Shown here one piece after another: positions 1 through 10,940 of a DNA stretch of 64,000 bases. The notes beneath the pieces were generated by a model. The model was given only the letters and a program-made list of their open reading frames with translations, had not been told where the DNA came from and ran no database searches. The stretch is from the human T2T-CHM13v2.0 reference genome, Homo sapiens: NCBI RefSeq assembly GCF_009914755.1, contig NC_060938.1. One strand, given 5' to 3'. Numbering within the stretch: the stretch's first letter is position 1; each line of letters starts with the position of its first letter. A program made the position numbers and the translations under genes.

Positions 1-30
1 TCCCTCCCTCTGTCCCTCCCTCCCTCCTTC

Positions 31-231
<201 letters not shown>

Positions 232-239
232 TGGCCATG

Positions 240-740
240 ATGATTTCCTTTTTTAAAGAAACTTGTCCTGTAGAATTTCCCACATTCTGGATGTGGTCTG
301 TTGCTTCCTAGTCATGGTGTTTAACTTGTTTCTCTGTCCCTCATATTCCCTGTTAAACTGATAGTTAGGTGTAGCTCTAACTGGGAGTTCCATTTAGGCC
401 CAGTTTTGGCAGGAATACTTTGTAGGTGATGCCGTGTACATCCCACTGTATTGCCTTGAAGGCACAGGTATGAGAAGGCACAGGTGTCCGGTCATTCCAC
501 TTTCAGCCTGTGATTGACCAGTGGGGGCAGGGCTGTGTGAGTCTCCACTTTATAGCGCCCATCAGACTCCCCTCTCATGGTTGTAGCATCCATTGCTCAT
601 AGTTGCTAGAGCCATGATTTCATTAAAGGTTGTCAAGTGATGACTGTCTAATTTCCATTTATTAACAGAAATTCTTCTGTAATGAACTCTTACCAGCTAC
701 TTGGCTGCTTGAAATACATTTTATACTTGTGACCCTACCT
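240..740 (-). mobile_element. Old L1 (L1M/L1ME-type) 3' fragment
   Basis: Degenerate antisense L1 3'UTR-like sequence (tgtagaatttcccacattctggat...). Confidence 0.5.
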
Positions 741-2323
741 TTTTCTCTTAGTATTTTTATTTTAAAAAATTTCAAACCTATAGAAAAGTTGCAGTATTAG
801 TACAGCAAACACCCATGCACACTTTTACCTTGAACAACCAGTTGTTAATATTTGCCTAAATGTGGCTTTTCCCTCATTCTCTGTTTTTTTTTTTTTTAAT
901 TTTATTGAACTGATTAAGAGCTGCAGCTGCCTTTGCCTTTGCATTACTATTAATAGTAACAAGCGAGTGGTTACTATGCAAGAGATATTTGTCTATTTTG
1001 TTTGCATCTGGGTCTGTAGGGCTTGGAACACATAGGTGCTCCATACATATTTGATCAATGAGTAAATTTGGGGCATTTCTTACAGAGCTCTAATAATTGA
1101 AAAGGGTGTCCCTGGTAGGACGAGGCAGCTCTGATTTCCAGTAAAGTAAAAGGACTTAATCCTTGACCTTCAGATTTTCATTGGTAAACACAATTTTGCT
1201 CATTTGGTTTTCAAGAAACACAAAACAAAATTAGAAGTATTGAGAATTGATTTTTCCCTTGCTAACCTTAGCCGCAAAGAACCCGGAATCAGTATGGCAT
1301 GACCGGAGTCCTGGGCAACGTGGGTTCTTAACTGTCAGTCAGGTACCAGAAATGAGTGTCCAATATTGGGTAAAATCAGATGGGGCTGTTGCATGTGAGA
1401 TGGTTGAGAAGGGAAGGTCTTAGGAAGCTAATTGTGCTCGCATTTCCAGTGGCTGTGCCTAGAGTTTAGAGGCTATGTCTCTATTTCTGTGGTTTTTGGA
1501 GATGCTCGTGTGAACTCTCTGCTTGGATCTCTGTCTCAATTTCACCGTCATGCATTTTGCCCTGCATAGATGCTTTTCTTTCACGTGCCTTCCAAGATAT
1601 GGTCAGTTTAGAAAGGATGGCTTTAGGACCATGTGACATCATATCTTTTTAATGTACATCTTAGATTTGTTTATTCTAGGTAGGCTCCCCAAAGTGTAAT
1701 TTTTTGCTTTGCTCTCAGAGCCTGGACAGAAAGATGATAGAGGAAGAGCTAGATAAGTTTTTATTTTCATGAACTTAGAGAATCCACAGTTATTTTGAAA
1801 AATTGGGATTCAGTTGCATTGTTTATTATAGGAAATCATAGATGTTCAGCAAGATTTGAAGATGAATAGCCCCCCAGACTGTGTACATCGAAATAACTAG
1901 GGAAAAATAATTATCCCCATTGAAGTAGGGAAAAGTGTGAGATGTGTCACACTCATGCTATCTTTAGTCCTTTCCTATCTTCACACATTTGTATTATTTT
2001 GGTAGATTTCATTTGTTCTGGTAGCTGGCGGGTGGGGAGGAATGAGAATAATGGATGGGTCATGGTGGAACAGCTCATCTGTGGAGCCTGTTCCCTGTTA
2101 AACTGATAGTTAGACCTCGCTCTAACTGGTGGTCGCATTTGGGCCTGGTGTCCTTTCCTACTCAGCCCCTGAAATGTGTACAGTGAGGTGGGTACTTCCT
2201 GAAAGTCACTGTTCATGGGCACAGATGTAAAAGTAAGCATTTGTTCATTCTGTGGACCCTTGTCCAGCACAGGCACGCAGGTCTAATGTTAGACACAACC
2301 CCTTTTTGTAATGGTATGTTGCA

Positions 2324-2652
2324 TTTTTTTTTTTTTCTTTTTTTAGACAGGGTCTCATTCTGTTGCCCAGGTTGGAGGGTGGGGATGTGATCATAGTTCA
2401 CTGTAATCTCAAACTCCTGAGCTCAAGCTGTCCTCCGGCCTCAGCCTCCTCAGTAGCTGGGACTACAGGTACTCCTGCGTAGTTGAGACTACAGGCGTGT
2501 GCCACCACACTCGCCACGTTTTTAAATTTTTTGTAGAGATGAAGTCTTGCTATGTCACTGAGGCTGGTTTTGAATTCCTGATCTCACGCAATCCTCCTGC
2601 CTTGGTCTCCCAAAAGTGCTGGGATTACAGGTGTGAATCATTGTGCCTGGCC
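2324..2652 (-). mobile_element. AluJ-like element with small internal duplication
   Basis: Full dimer; gtagctgggactacagg motif duplicated at ~2454-2495. Confidence 0.9.
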
Positions 2653-3149
2653 TGCCTTTTTGTGGAGTGAAGTGTCTTTGACCTTAAAGCTCAAATGTAA
2701 CTAAGTTGAGAAAGGTGGATCATTTCAAGAGGGCTGGAAGAGAGAAAGGGAGTGGGATGTGGAGACAGTATACATTTTTAGATTTTAGTCTTTGTATAAC
2801 ATCGTGTCTTCTTTTGAGACATTAGAACTACTGGTGAATTTTATTTATTTATTTTTAAATAAAAAAGAAACATAGTATAGAATTCAAAAGATATGAAAGA
2901 GTGGGATATGAAACCTGAGTCTCTCTCTCCCTTCCTGACTTTCTCAGGCACCCAGTTTCCTCTCCTGGAGGCAACCACTTTTAACCAGTTTTTTTCGTGT
3001 TTCTCTCCAAAGGTACTCTATGCAGGTTAATATATTCTCCTCACCCACCTACAGACACAAATGGGAACATATGCATTCTGCACTTTTAAAAAAATCTCTA
3101 ACAATATTTCTTGCTGATCTTTCTGAATCTCAGTACAGAGTAGAAGAGC

Positions 3150-3441
3150 TTCTTTTCTTTTTTACAAAAGGGTCTCACTCTGTCACCCAGGCTGGAGTGA
3201 GGTGGCGTGATCATGGGTCACTGCAGCCTTGACCTCCCAGCCTCAAGCAATCCTCCCATCTCAGCCTCTTGAGTAGCTGGGACTGCAGGTGTGTGTCACC
3301 ACACCCAGCTAATTTTTTATTTTTTTTTGTGGAGACAGGGTCTCACTATGTTGCCCAGGCTGGTTTTGAACTCCTGGGCTCAAGCCAGTACTTTGGCCTC
3401 TCAAAGTACTGGGATTACAGGTGTGAGTCACTGTGCCTGGC
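3150..3441 (-). mobile_element. AluJ-like element
   Basis: Antisense Alu dimer. Confidence 0.9.
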
Positions 3442-5301
3442 TGAACAGCCTTATTTTTAAGGGCTACAGAGTACTCCAAAATTTCCTGTCTCAGTAAAAG
3501 TAATGATAGGCAGGCAATACATGTGATATTTTCCCAGACTGAAAAAACCAGACTTCTATTGTGTATTCATGTGATAGTATAACATCACCCTTGGAAAGTA
3601 TTGTGAAGGCTTTAGATATGGTACACATAGATCCCATAGGCTAGGGAAGAGGTATGAAGGTGCATCAGCCTTTTTCTCATTGAGGATTTGGGTGAGCACT
3701 TTCATGCACTTCTACTTGGGTTGATATAGTGACATTTGGTGCAGAGCAAGCAGAGATGTTCTAGGTTATGTTCATTGCAGTTTAAGGCCTCGGATGGCTA
3801 GTGACCAGTGTCACACAGCCCATTTACTTAGGCAAATGACTAAGCATGAAATCTCTGGACTCTTGCACTTCTGTTGAGTGCTTCCCATTCAAAGGGGACA
3901 GCAGTGTGTCCCCACAAGCCCTGCTGCAGCAGCATTTGGATACTTTGCTTCCCACTCTGAAAAGCGGAGCAGTCCTCCTGACAAGTGACCCCAGTCAGTT
4001 CTCTCCCTGGAGCAGAGGGGAGCACCCGATCCCCTAGGGAGGTGGCTGGAGAACAGGTGGGGACTCGAGATGAACTTGCTGCCTGTGCATGTGTGCCAGG
4101 GAAAGGACAGCTGAGACCCTGAGGCCACACATTGTCCAATTGCTGTACCTCTAAGGGCCCAAGTCAGCAGAACTGTTTCCCAACTGCCTGTGGGCTGGCC
4201 TTGCAGGGAAGGCTGTCAAAAGATGGCCAAGTGCAGGCACAAGCCTTACCTCCCTGAGAGCCTGCTCCCACCTTCCTCTCTGGCCTTCAGCTTTTCTTAA
4301 GTGAAGCTACCCTTGACCTTTGTTGTAATTAAAACCAAGAGTGGTTCTAGAATGGGTTCTCAGGATGTCCTGTGAAGGCTTTGACTTTTGGCCCTTTACA
4401 GTTCTAGTTTTGCAGAAATGAAAATGCTCTGGTGACTACAGCAGGTCAATTATTGGAGCCAAGAGTAGTATTGTAAAGTTGGAGGGTCTTAGAAGGTCAG
4501 GAAAGAAATGAGTGGCCCATGGAAGTGTCCCTTAAATGATAACAGCCAAAAGCACAGCCACCTATGGAATATTCCTTTGTTTTTCTGGACTGGTAGAAAG
4601 TGCAGGGCTTGCAAGAGTAGAAAGTTAGAGCCAGTCTCATCCAATGTCCTGTGAAATTCTAGTGTTTCTGTTAAGTGCTTGCCGGGGTCTTCTTGAACCC
4701 CTCCAGCTGGGGAACTTGGTAGAAACAGCCCCACTGATTCTGTTTTTTAATAAAGTCCTTTTTAGTTGTACAAGCAAACTGGTAGCTCTTTAATGACGTA
4801 AAAATTCAAACAAGACAGATAAAGCTAAATATGCCTAAAACTACTATTTACTCTGATCCTAGCCATCTCTCTAGAAGTAATTACTGGAATAGTTTGTTGG
4901 TATCTTTTACCCACTTCAATACGTGTATGTACAAAAGTCTGTGTTTTTTTTTATGTAAACAGATCACATTAAGTGCCTTCTGCATCTTACATTCTTTTTT
5001 ATCTTTGCAGTAAGTACATCCTAGAGATGTTTTAGTACACGTAGATTTACTGCAGTTTTCTTACTGCTCCATGATAATCCCGTGGTACAGATGCACTATT
5101 CCCCTGTTGGTGGACATTTAGGTTCTTTCTTTCTATTTTTGCCATTATCTGTCCCCTGAGTTTTTTTAGACAGCTCTAGACTTTAGGAAATTTGCACCTT
5201 CATCCTCAGAAACAGATTCTGGCTTCCACGAAAGTGCTGCAGAACCCATTTGTGGAGAGCCCACGTGTCTTGTCCAGTCCTTGTGTTGTATGGACGAGGA
5301 C

Positions 5302-5328
5302 ACACACACACACACACACGTACACACA
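5302..5328. repeat. (CA)n microsatellite
   Basis: About 10 CA units plus an interrupted extension. Confidence 0.9.
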
Positions 5329-5354
5329 TTATTTATTGTGACTTCTTTTGCTGG

Positions 5355-5545
5355 CCACTGTGCTAAACACAGTTATCTTTTTCCTCAAAACAACCCTATG
5401 AAGTAGGTGCTGTTATTATCCCTGCTTGCAGATGAGGAAACTGAAGAGTAAAAAAAAAAAAAAAAGTTAAGTAACTTGCTCAGAGTCATACAGCTAGTGA
5501 GTAGCCAGCCAGAATTTGGACCCACGTAAGTCTGATCCTAGGGAT
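5355..5545. mobile_element. MIR
   Basis: MIR core 'cagatgaggaaactga...aagtaacttgctcagagtcatacagcta'. Confidence 0.8.
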
Positions 5546-6663
5546 CATGGTCTTATTCTCAGTGCTTTGCTGCCTTCTGTTTTTATGCCCCTTGACACCT
5601 GATACAGCATCTTTGCCCGTGGTAGAACCTCAGCAGATATTCCCTGAGGGCTCTTTTGACAAGAAACCAACATGTTCAGCTTGTGAGAATAATAGCAAGG
5701 AGTGCATGCATGACCTAAGCCCTTCCTAGCATCCTTTGGCCTCGCTCTCTGCAGAGTTGTGCTCCAGCCAGCTGCCTGACCCACCAGAAGAAGGTGAGTG
5801 CAGAGGATGCAGCCTGTGCTTAGGGGTACTGGCCAAGGCCCTGCCAGCCCTGCCATTAAAAGGCTTAATTAGGCTAGTCATTAAGTTCAATTACGCATTG
5901 GAAATGATTGTCCCTTCTAACCCTGCAGTGCCCTCCAAGAACTGGATCCATTCCCAGGCAGCCCGCTCAGGAGCCAGGTTCTAGTTACAGGTGCACCTGT
6001 AAAACTGCTTCTGGTTTCGGGGCCTGTGATGCCATGGCAGACTAGGGCAGAGTAGCCCAGAGCGAGGCACTCCAAGTACATGTTAAATCGGGTTAGGTTT
6101 CTGCCTTTGAGGCCATTTCCTAAGTGCCACCTTCTCTTATTGGGCCACCTTTTCCCCAAGTGTCATTAGGAGTCAGGACATCTGCCTGTGCAGTGGGCAC
6201 AGAGCAGAGCCCTGGGCTGGGATGAGAGGAAGAGAGGTGTAGTGTAGCAGCCCCATGCAGCCAGCTCAGTGCCCTTGGCCTCTGTCTCTTCAGCCTTACA
6301 CACAAGGGGTCTCAAAGGCCCTCTCCAACTCCAAAAGGATGTGTGAACATCTGAAACATACTTTCTAGATGGCTTGCTTGAAACGAGTCCTTTTAGTTTC
6401 TGAGTTATTATATTACCTTGAAGCAAAACAGTTGACAAGCATTGAGGAAGGGCCGGGGCCAGGTGAGTAGAGGCATGAATGAACCACCACAGGGTTTAGG
6501 ATGAGCACACCAGGCTTTGCAGAGGGGAGTAGAAGGGTAGGTGGGCAAGGTAGAGAAGAGCTCGTGTGCAGGGCCTGGAACTCCAGGCAGGCCCTCCTTT
6601 TTTAGGAAATAGGAGCCACTGCAGTGTTGACAGGTGCATGACTGGTGGTGCAAGGTATCACGA

Positions 6664-6752
6664 TTTTTTTTTTTTTGAGACGGAGTCTCGCTCTGTCGCC
6701 CAGGCTGGAGTGCAGTGGTGCGATCTTGGCTCACTGCAGCCACTGCCTCCCG
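6664..6752 (-). mobile_element. 5'-truncated Alu (3' ~90 bp)
   Basis: T tract + gagacggagtctcgctctgtcgcccaggctggagtgcagtgg, ending abruptly; no TSD seen. Confidence 0.9.
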
Positions 6753-7235
6753 CACTTCTGAATGCCTTTTTGACATGGGACAACCTTGGGGTACTTGCAG
6801 ATGTAAAAAGAAATCTGTTTCTCCCAATGTAGAGTCCTCTTGGCACAATGTGGAAACTGTTTTCTCCTACTATACCCTCAGTGCTCCACCTCTGACACCA
6901 GATGTATAGAAGTTTTTCTCCATACACTATAGCCAGTTCTGCAGTGGACACTAGCTGGCTGTTCTACAGTTTTACTCAATTCTGACGCTATCTGCCTGGA
7001 GTTAACATCGGATCTCACAGGTTCAGAGCTGAGTCCCACAAGACTGTCCCACATTTCCAGTGCCAGTTGCAAGCCCTGGGTTGTTTTACCTGTGCTTCTG
7101 AACCACTGGCTGTAAATCTAGTGTTCCTATGACCCCCTTTCCAGCTTGATTAATTTGCTAGAGTAGCTCACAACTCAGGGAAACAAACACTTTACTTACT
7201 ATCACCAATTTATTACAAAGCATATGTTATTTCTC

Positions 7236-7531
7236 TTTTTTTTTTGGTTTTTTTTTTTTGAAACAGAGTCTTACTCAGTCGCCCAGGCTGGAATGCAGTG
7301 GTGCTATCTCGGCTCACTGTAACCTCCACCTTCCGCCCTATGTGCCTCAGCCTCTTGAGTAGCTGGGATTACAGGCATGTACCACCACGCCCAGCTAATT
7401 GTTGTATTTTTAATAAAGACCCAGTTTCACTATGTTGACCAGGCTGGTCTCGAACTCCTGGCCTCAAGTGATCCGCCTGCCTCAGCCTCCCAAAGTGTCG
7501 GGATTACAGGCGTGAGCCACCATGCCAGGCC
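7236..7531 (-). mobile_element. AluS element
   Basis: Full dimer; ACAAAGCATAT duplicated on both sides. Confidence 0.92.
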
Positions 7532-7955
7532 ACAAAGCATATTTTAAAGGATGCAAATGAAGAGCTATATAGGGCAAGGTTTGGAAGAGACCCAATTGTA
7601 GGAGCTTCTGTTCCCATGGAGTTGAAGTGTGCCACCCTCCCATCACCTGAATACATTCTTGCTCTCCAGCCCAGAAACTCTCAGAACCTAGTCGTTTTGG
7701 GTGTTTATGGAAGCATCATTATGTATGCACAATTGATTAAATCATTGGTCATTGGTGATCAGATCAACCTTCAGCCCATCTCCTCTCCTGAGGTCAGGGA
7801 GTAGGTTCCCCTGGTACCAGCCTCCATCCTGAGACCATCCAGGAGTCCCCCCATTCATCTATCTCCCATCAGTCATTCATTAGCATACAAAAAGACATAA
7901 CACATTGGAGATTCCAAGGGTTTTAGGAGCTATGTGCCAGGAAACCAAATATTTA

Positions 7956-8288
7956 CAGTTGGCCTTTAGAACTGAGAAAGTCCACTTACAGGAGGATTTT
8001 CTTCTGCCTCCACCACCCCTGAGACAGCAAGGCCAACCGCTCCTCTTCCTCCTCCTCCTGATCCATTTCCACTTAATGAGTAGTAAATACATTTTTCTTC
8101 TTTCTGCTTTTCCTCTAGCTTACTTTATTGTAATACAGTATATAGCACATATAATGTACAAAATATGTATTAATTGACTATGTTACTAGTGAGGTTTCCA
8201 GTCAACGGTAGGCTGTATGTGGTTAAGTTAAACTTCAACTGTATGGGGGGTCTGTGCCCCAACACCCACATTGTTCAAGGGTCATCTG
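7956..8288. mobile_element. Tigger2/MER28-like TcMar DNA transposon
   Basis: TA|CAGTTGGCCTTT...AAGGGTCATCTG|TA: terminal inverted repeats and TA target duplication. Confidence 0.8.
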
Positions 8289-8639
8289 TATTTAGATGAA
8301 GACTAAATATGTATTTCTTATTATAAATCACAATAACACACTCTTCTTAAGGGCTCACTCATCCTCCTTCTTTATAGCAAGAATTCTCTTTTCAGGCTAG
8401 ACAAAGTTGTGGAGAGGGTCTGCTCATCTTTTTCCCCTGGGTTTGCCACCTTTTTCTCTAGCAGATACTGGCAATGTGTCTCATTCGCATCCTTAGAATT
8501 CTTCTCCTCCTGCATCCATTTCAAATCATTGCTTTCTCTTCTGAAACCATATATAAAGGTTAACTAATTATAATTATGTGAGGTTGCTTTTTCCATAGGA
8601 TTTGTATTCCTTCCTGACTAGAATGAGTTCTCATTTGAG

Positions 8640-9130
8640 ATGTGCTATAGTAATTGGAGTTAAAAATCTGCAGTCAACAGAAAATCCCATTAACAGAAGC
8701 TTAAACAGAAAGGAGTTTGTCTCACAAAAGGAGAGGTCCAGGGCTTAGCAGCCCGGGGCTGTAGGCACCCCCAGAGCCAGGAGGGATGGAGCTCTTTCCC
8801 TTTCTGCCCCACCATCCTTAGCGTGTGGGCCTTTGTCACCATGCTCGTGCCTCCTGGTTGTGGGATGGCTGCTATACTGCCAAGCCTCACCTCTGTTTTC
8901 CAGGCAGAAGAAAGAGTGATGTGAAAGTGACGGTGAAGGGCTCTTTCTTAGCAAGAATTTGTTTTTTGGAGGTGAGGGAGAAGAATGTGCTGCATCTTTC
9001 TCACGGGTCTACCCCTCAGCCCCAGAGAGGCTAGGAAACAGATTTTTAGTTGGGCTCATTGTCACCCCAAACAAAACTGGTATTTGAATCAAGATGGGAG
9101 AGACGACTTTGGGTGGATGCCAAGCTATTT
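8640..9130. mobile_element. Old MLT1-type MaLR LTR
   Basis: Degenerate 'agcttaaacagaaaggagtttgtctcac...gatggctgct' pattern. Confidence 0.5.
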
Positions 9131-10029
9131 TCTGTGGTCTGACCCTATTGAGCTGAGTTTCAGAAGTCACTGGATGAGACTGCCCTACTATAAAGACCGT
9201 GTCATGTGATGTGGAGGGTTGGGTGTGTAGGTAGTGCAGAAACCATTTCACCTAATTCTAGAAGCTTCCCAGAGGTGGAGAATCCTTTAGAAAGATGTGA
9301 AAGCCAGAAAAAGTTGCTTTTTAGACAGGAATAAACAGAAGTGACTGAAATGAAGAAAGGGAACCAAGAGGCAGAAAAAGTAAAGCAGAAGATGGAAAAA
9401 AATGAGAGGGCTACCTGCTGAGAAATTGAGCGGTAAATTAATTGTGTTGTGGAAAGCAGTGGCCAGCTGGTGCGGAGGCTTTGTGAGCGGGATAAAATGT
9501 TTCTCATGTGGGGCTGGGGGTCTGTAGATGAGGTCAACAGGTCAGGTGGCGAGGGCAGGCTGCTGGACTTGCCAGTGAGGGTGGCCTGGATAGGTTCAGC
9601 AAGGGAGGCAGCAATATGTGCAAGCAGGGGAAGTGGTGGGTCCCCAGAAGCAAAAAGTATGTAGCCACTCCCCTGGGCACACCCAGCCAGCACCCATCTC
9701 AGGGTGGGGATCAGTTACAGGATTGAGGAGAAAGACGCCTCAAGCAAGGACAAGCAGCACAGGGAAGAGACTGGATGAGGACAACCATCACCACAATAAT
9801 GATGGTGGTAGCAACAGCCACTGTTCACCGAGCACTTCCTGTGTGCCAAGTTCTATGCAAAATGCTTTGCCTGAATTAACTTACTTGATTCTTAGAACAA
9901 CTTTATGAAGTAGAATTTGATATTATCACCAGCTTGGCAGAGTTTAAAGTGACTTGCCCAAGAGCATGCAGCTAATGAATGATGAAACTTTGTTCTGAAG
10001 CCAGAACCTATGAAACTTTGTTCTGAACC

Positions 10030-10381
10030 TGTAGCCAATTCCTGCTGCTATAACAAAGTACCACAGTCTGGGTAGTTTATAAATAATGGAAATGTATGTC
10101 TCACAGTTCTGGAGTCTGGGAAGTCTGAGATCAAGGCACTAGCAGATTCAGTGTCTGGTGAGGGCTACTTTATACTTCCAAGACACCTTGCTGCTATGGA
10201 CTCACATGGCAGAAGGCAGAAGGGCAACAGGGACTAGCTACCCACCAGCCCTTCGATAAGGGACTAATCCCATCCCTGAGGGTGGAGTCCTCATGGCCTT
10301 GTCACCTCCTGAATACTGTTGCATTGGGGATTAAGTTTCAACATCAGTTTTGGAGGGGCCACATATATTCAAACCATAGCA
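10030..10381. mobile_element. MLT1A/MSTD-like MaLR solo LTR
   Basis: tgctataacaaagtaccacagtctgggtagttt...tctcacagttctggag...attcaaaccatagca; TG...CA ends. Confidence 0.8.
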
Positions 10382-10864
10382 CCCTCTGAATCTGGAGCCC
10401 ATACTCAGAACCACTGGCTTCAAGCTAGTTGTTTAAATTGGGGCCTGAGATTAGAGCTCAGCACGTATACCTTGGCTGGCCTGATTCTGAGTGATTGAGC
10501 CTGGGGTTCTTAGAGTCCTCTCTGACGTGGGGAATAGGAAGGTTGGTTTCTGAGTTCCCTCTGTTTGGAAGGTTTAGCAGGTCTATGTAGCTATCCTCTT
10601 TCCAACTGCTTGGAGAGAAAGGAAATAAAGAAGTCATATTAAGCAGGAAGAAAACAAATGGAAATGTTAAGAGCAGGTTAACTGTTTAGGAGAGGAGTAT
10701 AAAGGGGGAAGTAACATTTCTGTGGAAAGTTGTAGCAGGTCTGACAACAGCTAAGAAAAAGAGAAACAGAACAAGGAGGAAAATGCCTTAAATTCTTAAG
10801 TAGGAAGAGAGTTTGGGTCAACTTTGTTTTGCCTAAAAGTAATTGAAAAAGGGAAGAGGCAGGA

Positions 10865-10940
10865 CTGCCCGCCCGCCTGCCTGCCTGCCCGCCTGCCTTC
10901 CTCCCTCTGTTCCTTCCCTCCCTCCTTTTTTTTTTTTTTT
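10865..10940. repeat. (CCTG/CCCG)n, CT-rich and poly-T low-complexity tract
   Basis: ctgcccgcccgcctgcctgcctgcccgcctgccttcc followed by a T run. Confidence 0.8.

Larger units (their letters stand above)
6848..8340. mobile_element. MER21-like ERV LTR interrupted by an Alu and a Tigger element
   Basis: Resembles MER21 (ctcaattctgacgctatctgcctggag...gattaatttgctagagtagctcac...aatcacaataacaca); sequence resumes after each nested insertion. Confidence 0.7.
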
